From the human T2T-CHM13v2.0 reference genome, Homo sapiens: a stretch of 64,000 bases of DNA. Each line of letters opens with the position of its first letter. Position 1 is the first letter of the stretch. The stretch is taken from the NCBI RefSeq assembly GCF_009914755.1, contig NC_060933.1, one strand, 5' to 3'. The notes beneath the pieces were generated by a model. The model saw only the letters and a program-made list of their open reading frames with translations. It was not told where the DNA came from and searched no databases. The position numbers and the translations under genes were made by a program. This document shows positions 31,774 to 52,145 of this stretch, one piece after another.

Positions 31774-32780
31774 TACATATGTGGTTGTGAGTGGCAGGGT
31801 TTGGGGCAGGACGAACTCTGGTTGTATGGCTCCCTTTACGGACAGTGGAGGCTATGAGTGCACTCCACAGCCACAGGCCTCCCAGTGGGACAGTTCCTGT
31901 CACAACCCTTTAGAGAGGAGGCTGCGGGTCACGGCAGGCAACACACTTCACATAAAGTTCCTACCTCCTGTGACATCACTGGTCCCTGTGGGGTGGGGAA
32001 GCCTAGGGAAAGATAGGGACAGAGAAGGGGAAGGAAGGGGAGGAAAGGAGGAGCAGGGATGGTGGCAGCAGCTAGAAGCGGCAGCTGAGCAGACAGACCA
32101 GACCGCAGACATGAGCTCCAGCCCAGCTCCAGCTCCTCCACTTCTTCAGCACATGACCCTGGGCAGGCTCCTTAACCTTTCTCAGCCTCAGCATTCCACA
32201 TCTGTAAAGGGGGAGCACACCAGCGGCTGCCTCACCTCACAGGGCTGGCGCGAGGACTAAATGTGGCGATGCACCCACCGAGGGCAGTGCCTGGCACACA
32301 GGAAACACCCTATAAATTCTACAGATGGGAGCAGTGACTATTGGCAGCTGCAGGTCATCCGTACAGTGTGCAGGCGCAGGACTGTGGGGGGAGGGTCGTG
32401 CTGGCCCCTTAGGGCTCTCGGGTGCACTGGGATGGCACTAAGGGAGGTTGACCAGGCCAGGCCCCACACTTAGCTAGTCAGGCTTTCATCTCTCATTTGA
32501 TAATCTAGAGGCACCTTCACTTTTCAGTAGCCCAGGATACCAGGGCTACTGGTTAATGGGTCAATCAAGGCCCAGGCAAACTGCACTGGGCCTTGTGGTA
32601 AAGAAAGTGAAGAAGCGTAGAGCAATATTCCCATCAACATGTGTTTCTAATGTGAATATTCTAGGATGAAGGGGTATCCCCACTCCACCTAGCAAACCCT
32701 TAGGGGTGGAGAGCGCACCTTCCCTGAGGGCTGGGACAGAGGACCGGCAGGACTGGCAGGCCCTGAGGGGAGGCCCCTAC

Positions 32781-33176
32781 CTTCAGGTGCTCTATCTTCC
32801 CCTGCTGGCTCAGGAAGTCCCTGTTGGCAGCGTCGGGGCGCAAAGGAGACTGGTCAGGGGGGTGCGTGAAGTCCTGGGTGACCTTCTCAGAGAGCTTGCA
32901 GATGACCTGCTGCTTGGCGTGGTTCTTGTCCATAAGCAGCTGCACGTGCTGCTGTAGCTCCTGCACCTGCTGCTCCCGCAGGCTCGCTGTGTGCGCCAGG
33001 CTCTCCCGCTCCTGCTCCAGGGCCTCCACCCGCCGGCCCAGCTCCGCGATCTGCCGCACTTTGTGCCGCACCAGCTCCAGCCGGTCCTTGTCCTCAGCCG
33101 CCGCCAGGTATGCGCTGGACGCCCGCTTCTCCTGCTGGGCGGCCTCCAGTGCCTTGTGCAGGATCTTCACTAGCTC
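32781..33176 (-). CDS. TBC1D2: TBC1D2 exon 6 (coiled coil; ELVKILHK...KIEHLK)
   Basis: gcccag|GAG ... AAG|gtaggg; 396 nt; phase 0 to 0; ORF track 32700..33170. Confidence 0.96.
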
Positions 33177-33329
33177 CTGGGCAGGGAGAGGGAAGAATCT
33201 TGTGAGCTCAGGGAGGGCCTGCTGGGCGCCACAGTGGGGTATATGTTATCAGTAGTTCTCCTAACAACCGTGAGAGGTGCCCAGCAGCATCCCTGCGGCA
33301 TCTCATCCTGACACTCACTTTCTCCTTCT

Positions 33330-34010
<681 letters not shown>

Positions 34011-35865
34011 CTGACATATACACATCCATTTCAGGGATGAACAAACTGAGGCCCAGCAGAGAGTAGAATGGAATTCAATCTCAATTGGCTAGATTCCAAA
34101 GCCTGTGCTCAGTAACTAAGAAAACCAGGGGTGGCAGCTATGTGGCATTACTCTTCCCTCTCATCCCTGTGGCAGACATCACTAATTAATCTCCCATACT
34201 TCTTCCTGCACAGCCTACCCTAGTTGAGGCCTCAGAATCATTCTCAATATAGCAGCCAGTCACTACCAATCAAGTTGAGTCAGGGTTAAAGAGGAAATAC
34301 ACTGGCAATCCCCATGTAAAGCCACACACAGAGGACCTCATTCAAGCCATTTGTGCCTAGTTACCTTCAGCCCACCAGCCGATGCCTGCAAAGCTGGTGG
34401 AAGGAACTCTAGAAAGTTCAGAAACAATAGAGCTTGATTTATTCCTCAGCAGGGGCAACTAATTCACACAGGAACTCAAGGTCTGCTCAGCTCCCTGTGC
34501 CTTTAAGCCTGTAATTTCCCCAGGGAGGGCCACGCCTGGACTCAGGCCTATCTGTCCCAAAGCAGGGATGTGAATTTGTTCTGGGCCAGGATCAGGACAT
34601 CAGCAGCCAGGTCCACGTGGAACTAATACCAGGTAGGTATGACTTTCAGGCAACACTGCCCTGCTCTGTGCTTCTCATTTGGAAAAACATGGTTTCCTAG
34701 AGACATGTCAACTATACCACACCAAAGTATTAAAATGAGTGGATTGGCTGGATAGCCTTATTTGCTAAGAACAATTCTATATTGGAGGAAAACTGCCAAA
34801 AACCATGACTTTTTTGGAGAAGCTAATGACAAGACCACATTAGCCTGCATCTTCTGAAACCTTAGGACTAGTGACCATCCTTTCTCTGGTTCTCTCTTTT
34901 CCTTCCACATGCCCATCCATCCATCCAACCTTTACCAAGCACCACTCGGTGCCAGGCCAGGCCCTGAGCCAGGTGCCGTGGCCCAGAGAGGGAGTGGTGA
35001 GAGTTCCCACCTCCAAGGACTGCAAAGGCTGGTGGGAATGAACATGACCCACCACAGTGGAATGATCTACTGCAAGTCAGGGGAACAAGGGTGTTTGTGG
35101 GAAAGGCAATGACTTCTGTCTGGGGTGGAGGTTGTGGGGAATACCAGTCCAGAGCATTTAAAAGAAACTGTGAAGAATGAGAAGGGCCAGAGATGGTCGA
35201 GCAGCAGGTGGGAGATGAGGGTGGGGATGGCCCTCCAGATGTGGCCAAGCTACAGCCCCAGTAAAGACCTGGAGGAAGGAAAGAGCTACCATGGAGCTGT
35301 GGGAGCCCTGGGGTGTGGCAGGAAGTTGGGGTGAGGACAGCACAGTGATTGCAAACCAAAAGGGAATGTTTGGAACGTCCAGAATGAAGAAGTCAGCTTC
35401 TCAGGGCTCAGTGGAGAGAGATTAACATTCCTGTGGTTCCAGGAAAACTGGGGGCCTAGGCCATTTTCTGCTTCAGCTGAGATTTGGAGGTTACCTTGGA
35501 TGACTGCCCAGGGAAATAACCAACAGACATCATTGTTCAGACTTGCCCTAGGAGCAGGACCAGTGGGTGTCTTTCCCTCAATTTGGGGAGTTAGTTGACT
35601 CTGAAGCTTATTTCATTACATCTAGCTGTCTCCTTCCCGCATTTGGCTCCCAGAATCTAAGACTGAGACACCAGCCCAGGAGGCTCTCCTCCCACCCCCA
35701 GAATTCTTGTACCAGAATAAAATAGGCTTAAAAGAACGGAACCAGGGCAGAGGGAGGGAGCCTCAGTAGGACTTGTAAGATGAGGAGTGAGAATGTCATG
35801 AATTCAAGAAACCTAAAGTCTGGATTATAAGCAATGTCTTAGGACCAATTCTTAAAAATAGGTTG

Positions 35866-36543
<678 letters not shown>

Positions 36544-39422
36544 TAATATTTCTCAATCGAGTTGTTTGGTTCATCTCAGATTTTGATACGTGGTCATAAG
36601 TTGTCACTTTATTTAAATTTTTAAAAGCCAATAAATCATCTTTAAAAAATAATCCTTTATCTTTTTAGAGCATTGCTACTTTCATCAGTGGTGGGCCCTA
36701 CAGGGGTCAGATGAAGGGGCATGGGCTTTGGAGTTGCACAGGCCTCGGTTCCCATTCTGGATCCGTGGGGGGTGTATCTAACGAGGTGACTCTAAGGAGG
36801 GTAGCTCAGGTGGCCTCTTCATTGAACCTCAGCTTTCTCATGAATGGGGCTAAAGCTTCCTCTTCTGCTCAGAACTGCCTCTAGCATGAAAGAGAAAGTG
36901 CCAAGTGTCCCTCCCCAAGCTGACATGGCCAAGGTACCTCCCAGCCCTCTTTCATGTCCTCTGAAGTTTTTGGCTGGAGTTCTAGGAAAGTAAGAGGCTA
37001 TACGTTGCCCCACTGAGTTTCCTAAAAAATTACGTTCCTTTACCCAGTAATCCTGATTGAACTAAGGTGGCCCCAGAGGGCCGCAGGCAGGGTCCCAGAG
37101 GGGTTCATCATTCCCAGCCGCCAACAGATGGCCAACATCACCACAGACAACAGCCTTCCATCTGCCAGAGCAGACGGCCTTCAGGCTGGGTGGAGTTCTG
37201 TCAACTCCAAGGGTCAGTCCCCGGCCAATCAGCCATCTGGTGCTATCTCCTAGAGCCCAAACCTCTTGTGGGGCCAGTGCTGCAGGTATGGGGACAGATA
37301 ATGGCTTAATGGGTATTGAAGTCAACCTGTGGTTTAATATGACACCAGGGGGTACACAGGGAGTGCATTCATTTTTTCTCAAGAGCAGTTTTGGTGCTTG
37401 TGTCTCATAGTGGGCCTCACCATGAGACTATGGAAGAGAGGAGGCAGCCCAGCCTCTAGACTTGGAGAAGGAGGTTAGGGCCCCAATCCTGGCTTTTCCA
37501 GCTGCCTGAGCATGGGCAAGTCACCCAACTCCTCTGAGCTCCTCAAATGCTGGCTTAGCCCCTGGGAGACCCTGAGCATGCAGACACTCTGAGAACCTCA
37601 GTTTCCCTTTCAGAGTAAGGGGATGAAAACTATTGTAAGGACAGAGATAACACATGGGAAGGCTCAGCACAGTCCTGGGGCCGCGCTTCATACCAGCAGT
37701 TCCCATGCTCACATCTTCTCTTCCCCACTAGATGGTGAGGTGCCCAAGGGCAGGGATTTGTCTGCAATGTGCTCTCAAGAGCATCTCGCAGTGTTTGAGA
37801 TAGAAATTCCTAAAGAGTCACGAAAGCCACTGGCAATGGCCAGATCAGCTAGGATAAGACCCCAAATTCCCATGTCCTCCTGAAGTTTGAGGTAGACAGG
37901 AGGTGCCTTCCCACTAAAGAAACACAGGAAGGTACCTCGCAGGGGTAGCTCCTGGGATTCCAGGTGCCCATCTTCCCAGCTGATGAATGGGACTCTAATG
38001 AGGGTCTCAGATGGACAGCGGCTCTCCTAGCGGCATTCTGAGTGCCTGGGGGCACCACTGGGCACCCAGAAGTTGTGCTGGCTTTTTCTGTCTCACCTCT
38101 TTGGTTTCAGTATCTGGGCTACAGGTGAAACCCTAGAGTTACGGGGCTGCCATTCCTCCCTTCCTAATGTGGAATGAAGACCTAAGCTCCCTGATCACTG
38201 CTATGGCCCCACGGCACATTTCCTGAAGGCACTGATGGGCTCTCACTTCCCGCCTCGTCTCTGAGCCCCTCAGCAGGGCACCTCACTGCTTGTAGGGCAG
38301 GAAGAGATTGACATGGAGGGTAAGGAGGGCTGCAGTAATCGCCAGAACAACCAGAGCCTGCATCTGTTGGGCAGCTGCTGGGTGCCAGGTACTGGGCTTT
38401 ATGAATCTGGGCACAGGTCTCTCCAGTAAACACGGCTGCAACTCCATTTACAGAAGAGGAAACTGAGGCTTAGATAGGTTAAGAAACTTGCTTAGGGCCA
38501 GAATTTGAGCCTGTGCTGTCTTATTTAAAGGCTGGTTCTTTGAATCACCCTGAAGACTGAAGTTCATTTGTGGAATGGGTTGGAGAGTAAACAAATCCAC
38601 TCCTATTGCACAATAATTGGATAAACTAAATAAATCACAACTCATTCTCCTTTTGACCCTCTGTCCCAGGACACAAAGTCGAGGTTTGGTGGAAGGTTAC
38701 CTGGTAGAAAAAAAATCCAGATTCTTCAATGCATCAACAACTTCCTCCTGACAATTTCCCTCTGAATATATGGGAGTTGTCAATAGCCTGGTCAACCCTT
38801 ATTAATCTCCAAGAATCTTGCCTTTATTTATTGAAGAATGATGAGTCCTCCAGAGATGCAGAGCAATCAGGGGCAAACTTTCATGAAATCTAGGTTTCCT
38901 GGGGCCTTTCTACTTCATCTGACAATTTGTAATGTCTTAGAAAGAAAGGCTGTGTCAAGAGAGGCTGCCCGTATATTCAGGATTTCTTTTTCTTTCCAGG
39001 TTTGGGTTTCGGATTTAAGCTCTACTAGTCCAGGGATCAAGTAGCTGCTATGGCTCTGTTTCATGCCCTCTCAGCTCTCAGGAGCGTCCAGCAGCCTCAG
39101 AACTGGAGCACCATGATGACAGGAGGAAAAGACAGCTGGGCTGCTAAGCAGCAGCAGAGGGGACCTCACGTGTTATAACTACACATTTGGGTGTTGCTTT
39201 GTTTAATGTCTGTCTCTGCCATGAAATGCAAGCTGTAAGGGCAGAGCCTGTGTCTTTTGCTCATTGTTCTTTCCCAGCACCTGGAACACTGCATGCACAT
39301 AACAGGCCCTTAATAAAAATTTGGTGAATAAACACATGAGTTAAGAACGTATGAATAAATGAGCCCCCTCCTTTGAGAACTCTAATGTCTAATCACCAGT
39401 TGCTTCACTAAATGTAACTCCT

Positions 39423-39816
<394 letters not shown>

Positions 39817-40899
39817 TTAGGGGCAGAAAAGGCAGACGAGGGGCCAAACTAGGTATAGGGAGAGCATTTTTTCTAGATTTCTTCCCACCAAAATAGGGCA
39901 GAAAAGAAAAGAAGAAATGTACAAGTTATAAGAAATATTCAGAAGGTAATAGGGCATAAGCCCCACCTCCCCAGCCTAAGTCCTCTGGAGTCAGGGCTGG
40001 AAAACAAAGCAGAAAGGGCCTCCGGGCAGCCAAAGTTCAAACACAAAAGCTTAGGCCTTCCTCTAGAGGAAAAGGAGTCTGGGCCCTCACTGGAGCCCGC
40101 CACTGCCACCACAGGTCCTACCAGGCCCCACCGTTGGGATTTATGTAACAACTGCCTAACTTAGTCGCTTTTATCACTCTAAAGAGGGGCTCCCGCCCGG
40201 AGCTGCAGCCCTCTCACATCTTTGCCCTGGGACCCTCACTACTTCATAAGGTAGCCCCTGGCTTTTAATACCATTTACTCTCTGGGATGTAGGATTTTGG
40301 AGTAGTTTTAATGTCTGTGTGTATGAGATCTGTTTTCTACAATTATTATATAGCTCTTGTAACTCTCGTAATTAACTTCTTACCATATTAAGCCCAAATA
40401 TTCCTTTCACTGTTTCTGTGTTGGTCCTGGCTTAGCCCTGGGCCACACACATGCTGCTTGTTTGCTTTCTCCTGTGACAGTCTTGTGACGGTCATTCAGA
40501 TATCTGTGCCCAGATATCGGCTGCCAGGTCAAAGTTCCCCCCAGTTCTATCGACAGCCCCTCCCATGACCCTGCATCCAGATCACCTGCCTCTAAATAAT
40601 GTCATTTTCTGGGTAGGGGGTGAGACCATGCATGGCCCTCCAGGAGGGGTCCAAGAGACAGTTATTAGAGTAGATCTCCAGAGATACCTGCCCTTGGTGC
40701 CCTTTTGTGACTTACTTTGAGTGACATCAGGTTCTTGAGTAATCAACAGCATATTTCAACATTCTGCAGTTTGGCCTTTAAAGACCAGAGAGTAGCTGGT
40801 GCCCAGCACGGCTAATGCGTCCCATCTAGCTTATCCGAAAGGCTCCAGGAACTGGAGGGGTCCACTGGAACCTGGGGCCTCCCTGGGACCAGACCTCAC

Positions 40900-41096
40900 C
40901 TTCTGAGACTTTAACTCCTTGGTGAGCATCAGAACCTGTTGCTCCAAGGCTGCCACTTTCTCCTGGGCAGTTCGGTTCCGTGTGATTCCTTCAGAAAAGA
41001 ATGGGAAGGTGTTGTTCTGGCGCTTGGCTTTCTGAGCGAAACTGATGGTCAGAGAAGGCTTGGGTGCAGGCTTTGGAGAATCCTCTGGCTCTCTCC
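40900..41096 (-). CDS. TBC1D2: TBC1D2 exon 5 (REPEDSPK...KELKSQK; start of coiled coil)
   Basis: ttgagcag|GG ... AAG|gtgagg; 197 nt; phase 1 to 0. Confidence 0.95.
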
Positions 41097-41165
41097 CTGC
41101 TCAAGAGGAGAAACGCAGAAGTTATGACTGATGACATCAGCAGTTCTCAAACCTGAGCTTGCTTT
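41097..41165 (-). ncRNA. MIR6854: pre-miRNA hairpin MIR6854 (5'-tailed mirtron ending at the exon 5 acceptor)
   Basis: Minus strand AAGCUCAGGUUUGAGAACUGCUGA (41160-41137) and UGCGUUUCUCCUCUUGAGCAG (41117-41097) match remembered miR-6854-5p and -3p. The arms pair (GCUCAGG/CUUGAGC, GAGAA/UUCUC) and the 3' end is the intron AG. Confidence 0.85.
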
Positions 41166-41326
41166 AGAAGCACCTGGAGGGCTTGTTAAAATGCGGATGG
41201 TTGGGCCCTAATTTCGGAGCTCTGGATTTAATAGGTCTGGGGCAGGGCTTGAGAATATGCACTTCTAAAAAGTTCCTAGGTGATGCTGACACAGCTTGTC
41301 CAGGGGTTAGACTGTGAGAACCACTG
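41138..41326 (+). mobile_element. MER5A hAT-Charlie MITE (one end forms the miR-6854 5' arm)
   Basis: cagcagttctcaaac ... tgagaaccactg TIRs; internal cacctggagggcttgttaaaa and aggtctgggg motifs. Confidence 0.85.
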
Positions 41327-41703
41327 GCCTACATAAACGTTATTGCACTGTGCTGGCCCATCTGCTAAACTGTGCCTGTCTCCTTCCTTCAGATCCCACC
41401 CAGCCTGCATTGGTCTATCTCATGCCACCCTGCTGGTGTTTGCCAAGTGGCTTTCTCCTCAGGCACAAGCCCTGGCAGGATGTTCTGTTCCTTATTTCAG
41501 GATCCCACCTCTATGTACTAGGAGATTTTCAAAGCACACAGATCTGTCTGATGATAGGAACACAAAATGAATGTCTGTACTCTGCATTCTTGCTCCAGAG
41601 AGCAGCTCAAGCATTTAACTTGATTCTTCTTATTCCAAGCTAAGTTAAGAGATATATTTCCCCCACAGTTGATTGTCTCAAGGATGCATAGTCCTTTTAT
41701 CTC

Positions 41704-41925
41704 CTGGGTTACAACCTATGGTTCACAGGCCAAATCCAGCCCACAGCCTGCTTTTACAAATAAAGCTTTATTAGAACACGGCCATGCCCATTTGTTTATG
41801 TGCTGTCTATTGCTGCTTTTACTCCTCAAAGGCAGAACTGAGTGCTTAAAACAGAAACCCTATGGCCCACAAAGCCTCGAATCGTTACTATCTTGCTCTT
41901 TACAAAAAATGTTTGCCACCCACTG
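41704..41925 (+). mobile_element. MER58A-like hAT MITE
   Basis: ggccaaatccagccc...aataaag...ttattagaacac...tatggcccacaaagcc. Confidence 0.75.
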
Positions 41926-42598
41926 TTTTTAAGTCATCAAAATTTTATTCTTAAATCAAACCAAACATCAGAGAATCATTCCCTTGTGTTGCCTTGTCCT
42001 GCCCTGACCCAGCTGTGCTTCTGGTCTCTGCCATCAGCCTGCATCAAGGGACATTTAAGGGCCTGACTATGTAGCCAAGGGCCCTTGAGAAGCTTGTTCA
42101 CATGGGATATATACATCATGCCTATTATGAGTCCCCAGCAGAAGAAATTCCCTTCAGCCCTAGGAACTTCCAAGAAAAGCTTTGCTTCTTATAAGAAAAT
42201 ATGTTTTTAGTCTTATGGACACTGGAAATAATCTAGCTGCTTGCATTTCCCTCTTTGCCTTGGCTGCTGAGCTTACAGCCACATTTACTGCCTACTCTCA
42301 GATATTTTGTAGGATCGTAAATTGATCTTATCTAAATCTCCTAACCAAATTACTCATTTGCAGGAGTATGCATTTTAGTAAACTATTACCTATTTCTTGG
42401 GACTAAAGTGTTAAAGGTGTTGAAAATAAGAATGTGGTATGGCATCCCAGGATAGGGGACACGCAGGGCTTTGGGGATAGGCCAAATGACTTAGCATGAG
42501 ACCAGGCCAAGGGCTGGCCAAACAGTCTTGAACAAATAAAGAGTTACTCCAGTAGGTGACAGGAACCAGACACTGAGTGCAAAAACAGTACCTTGCTC

Positions 42599-42848
42599 GG
42601 CCGGGCGTGGTGGCTCACGCCTGTAATCCTAGGACTTTGGGAGGCTGAGGCGGGTAGATCACTTGAAGTCAGGAGTTCGAGACCACCCGGCCAACATGGT
42701 GAAACCCCGTTTCTACTAAAAATACAAAAATTAGCCAGAAATCACTTGAACCCGGGAGGCAGAGGTTGTAGTGAGCCGAGATCATGCCAGTGCGCTTTAG
42801 CCTGGGCAACAGAGCGAGACTCTGACTCAAAACAAACGAACAAAACAA
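42599..42848 (+). mobile_element. Alu with internal deletion
   Basis: TSD aaacagtaccttgct / aacagtgccttgct. Confidence 0.9.
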
Positions 42849-43434
42849 CAGTGCCTTGCTGAGTGCAAAACCAGAACAGTCTTGTTCCAGATCGAAGAGA
42901 AATCAGGTTACACTGGGTACAAGGCAGCCTGCAGAGCTCAGAAATATGTACTACCTCTTTCTCCTTCCTGTAATGGGGTATAGGGGAGCAGGGAAGCTCC
43001 TTGTAGCACTGCTGCCCTCTGATACATGACTGTGCACCAACTCTGAGGACAGGCAGGGCAGGCCTCACAGTGCCCAGTTTATAATTAGAGAAAATAAGGC
43101 CTAAGACAGTGGTGTTCAATCAGTGCCCTGGATTTCATAGGAGTGCCTCAAGGGCTGACTGGGAGAGGAAGGTGGAGTAAGAGGAGCAGAGGAGGAGTCC
43201 AGACTCCAACTCCAGCCTCAACTCTGCTTTTTTTTTTTTTTTTTTTTTTTTTAATTTGTAGCTCATTTAGAGTCTCAAAAAGAATTTAGGTGTTTTTTAT
43301 TAGTGTTCAAGAAACTCATTTGTACATATTAGAAAAGATTTATTGACATAAAAATAATCTTTTCCTCCATTTAAAAATCTGATTACAACCACTGTTTAAC
43401 ACAGTGTAAACACCGTTTAACACAGTTTAACACA

Positions 43435-43610
43435 GTGTTGAGATATTCAACACTTTATTAGAAAATAGGTTTTGTGTTAGATGATTTTGCCCAAATGTAT
43501 GTGTTCCAAGCATGGTTAAGATAGACTGGGCAAAACTATACTGTTCAATAGGTTAAGTATATTAAATGCATTTTCAACTTATGATATTTTCAACTTATGG
43601 TGGATTTATC
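43435..43610 (+). mobile_element. Tigger2/MER8-like fragment
   Basis: gatattcaacactttatta...tgtgttagatgattttgcccaa...gcattttcaactta. Confidence 0.7.
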
Positions 43611-43789
43611 TGCTTTATATATTAGATTTTGTTCTGTCACTCACTCTGTGGCCGTGAGCAAGTCACTCCACCCTTCCATGCCTCAGTTTCCTTATTAATC
43701 TAATGAGGATAACAACAATATATACAATATATACAGTTCCAGTTGCTGTAAGAATTAAATAGGTCAAGGTAGGTAAAGTGCTTGGTACA

Positions 43790-44125
43790 CACAGATGAAA
43801 CTTGAAAAGATTCTACTAAGTCAAAGAAGCCAGTCACAGCATGGTATATTCCTTGGTATATTCCACTCACAGCAGATGTCGAGAACAGGCACAGCCATAG
43901 AGAAAGAAAGATGAGTGGCCACCTAGGGTTATGGGGCAGTGGGGATTAAGGTTGATGACTAAGGGTGCAGGTTTCTTTTTGGGGTAATAAAAATGTTCTA
44001 AAATTGATTATAGTGACGGCTGCATAATTCTGAGGATATACAGAAAGCCACTGAATTACACATTTTAAATGGGTGAATTGTATAGTACATGAATATATCT
44101 TAATAAAGTTGTTGCCAAAAAAAAT
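43790..44125 (+). mobile_element. Old L1 (L1M) 3' end
   Basis: gatgaaacttgaaaa...agtcaaagaagccagtcac...aaatgttctaaaattga...aataaag plus A-tail. Confidence 0.75.
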
Positions 44126-44431
44126 GCTTACTGCCGCACTGGCATGAAGTAACTGCTAGTGTTATGATGATGGTGACTCATCCGATATAGCACTGGCCTT
44201 CTCTTGGACTGCTTGTTGTGCTCTCTAGGGCTCTGCCAGGCACTGACTGCTCCAAAGGGTGCTTTTTCTTTTCTTCTTTCTCTTTTTCTGTTTTTTTTTT
44301 TGACAGTGTCTCACTCTGTCACCCATGCATGATCACGGCTCACTGCAGCCTCGACCTCCCTGGCTCAAGTGATCCTCCCAGCTGAGCATCCCAAGTAGCT
44401 GGGACTACAGGCTTGCACCATGATCAGCTAA

Positions 44432-44584
<153 letters not shown>

Positions 44585-44687
44585 TGAAAAAATTATAGAC
44601 TCACAGGAAGTTGCAAAGATAGTGCAGACATGTCCCAAGTACTCTTCACCAAGCTTCCCCTGATGGTGACATCTTACATAGCTATAG

Positions 44688-45258
<571 letters not shown>

Positions 45259-45363
45259 ACACACAAAAGCACAAATGCTGGTTCGCTGGAAGGAAAGAAG
45301 GCACTTGTGCCAGCCGTGAGGAGCTGGTCCCTGAAGGCAGCTCAGCCCTGGACAGAGGCTCAC

Positions 45364-45497
45364 CTGGGGTGCTGGCGTCAGAGGCCAAGGGCTGCTCCTC
45401 CCTCTGAGGCTCCCCACTCTGTGGAGAATCTTCCCCTGGAGGTTCATGGCCTGTTCCCTGGGCCTGCTTGTTGCCACGGATGTTGTGCATTGTGTTC
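45364..45497 (-). CDS. TBC1D2: TBC1D2 exon 4 (NTMHNIRGNK...ASTP)
   Basis: tttcag|G ... CCAG|gtgagc; 134 nt; phase 2 to 1. Confidence 0.95.
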
Positions 45498-46871
45498 CTG
45501 AAAGGAGACAAGAACAGAGGAGCATGAGGCTGAACCCTGCCTTTCTGCCCTTCTGTCCTTCCCGCCACCACTGCTGGAGCTCAGGTCTCATCCCCACACC
45601 CTGTCATCCTGACTGGTCTCCCAGACTCCAGGCACCCTACATGATGCCTCCCCATGCATGGCACTCCCAATCTCCTTTACCTATCTCTTTCGCATTCTCA
45701 TCTTCCACACACTATGTGGCTTATAAGTAATACAAGCTTGACTTCCTTAACCCCCACCCCTGCAGCTGGAATATAAATGCCATGAGGCGGAGGTATTGTC
45801 CGTTTTGTTAACTGATGCACCTACAATGCCTAAACGGTGCCCAAAACATAGAAGGTGCTTAATATGGGTGTGTTGAGTGAATGCTGAATGGACTTGCTGA
45901 ACCAACTTTCCCGAAACCTTCATCTGGTTTCATAACTATCTGGCTCAAAAACCATCAGTGGCTCCCGACTTCTGCTGAGATAAGTTGCAAACATCTCCTG
46001 GCATCTTTCCCTGCTTGCTCTCTTTCCCTGCTCAGATCTGTCCTCTGTGCAGCCTTCACTGACCATCTCATGGCCTCCAAGGGGCTTAGTGTACTTCGCA
46101 GCGGGGTCACCCTTTGGCCAAGTACTTGTCTAGGCTGAAGCCTCATGATGTCATTTCTTTAAGAACCGGGTACTAACCTACCTGCATGTTTGCTGGTGCC
46201 CAACACTGGGTTGTACATGCCAGAGACCGGGCTCAATACATGTTTGGTTTATAGAAGGGAACTAGATAGTACCAAAGGCTGACCTAAGATCACAGACCAC
46301 AGAGAAGTTCATAATGAGCTGGATGTAAAAACAGTTCAAGGAGTTTATTTTCCCTTGCAAAGAGATAAGATTAATGACAGGGAGGGAAAATGATGAAAGG
46401 AGTTCACTAGGTCAGTGTATTTCGAACTGAAAGTTCCCACTCATTGGTAGATTGTAAAATCAGTTTAGTGTCATGACCAGCATTTAAAAAATGAAATAGA
46501 AACTATCAGGGCTGCTGCCACCTGCCTGCATCCACCTGTGTTGCATCGGAATCCTGAGGAGCTGTTGGGTGGTCCAGACCAAGGCTGGCTCGTGTGGAAG
46601 TCATCCTTGCCTCTGTTTGCCGACCCTCCCATCCATCCTGTCTCCCAGTGGTCGTCATGCGGCGCACATCTCCTGCCTGCTGTACTAGTTCCATTTGCTC
46701 TTTTGGAAGCAGGAGCTAGAACTGACGCTTGTGGGGCTACAGGACTTAGGCCAAGACCAGCTTTGTGAATATCACTGCGTCAGGTCAATTTAGTGAAAAC
46801 ATGATACCCACAGTGAGCTTCGACACGAGGAAAGTAACTAAAGGTAACATCACAGTAAAGATCTGGGATAT

Positions 46872-47160
<289 letters not shown>

Positions 47161-47700
47161 AAAGATCTGGGACATAGGAGGACAACCCCAATTTCGGAGC
47201 ATGTAGGAACTATATTGCTTAGGAGTCAACGCTATTGTTTACATAACAGATGGTGCAGATCGTGAGAAGATAGAGGCCTTGAGAAATGAGCTACGTAATC
47301 TAGATAAACCACAGTTACAAGGAATTCCAGTGCTAGTACTTGGAAGCAAGAGAGAGATCTTTCTAATGCCTTGGATGAGAAACAGCTAATTGAAAAAATG
47401 AATGTCTGCTATTCAGGATAAAGAAATGTGCTACTATTCAATTTTTTGCAAAGAAAAGGATAATGTAGGTATCACACTTCAATGATTTATTCGACATTCA
47501 AAATCTAGAAGCTGAAGCATCTCCTGAAGTCTTCCAATCCTTCTCAGCTATAATCCTAGAATTATTGTCTGTTTCTCTAAAGCACTTCCCAAAATACGGT
47601 CCTTCCTAACCCCAATAAATTGTCTTTTTCAGAGTTTATTTCTCATGTGCATTGCTGAAGATGTGTATCCCTAATCCTTCATAAGAATCAGCAAGTTGTC

Positions 47701-49315
<1,615 letters not shown>

Positions 49316-49379
49316 AAAGTCAGGCTTTGCTGAAAAAAAAGAAAGAAAATATCAGAGTGCACCCCACTTAGTGCACCTT

Positions 49380-52075
<2,696 letters not shown>

Positions 52076-52101
52076 CAAACTTAGTTTAAAACAAGATCCA
52101 G

Positions 52102-52114
52102 GTGTGTTTGTGTG

Positions 52115-52142
<28 letters not shown>
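52102..52142 (+). repeat. (TG)n microsatellite
   Basis: Imperfect tgtg run. Confidence 0.9.

Positions 52143-52145
<3 letters not shown>

Noticed and set aside
43391-43440. Short tttaacacagt repeats
   Set aside because: Small slippage repeats at the edge of a Tigger fragment
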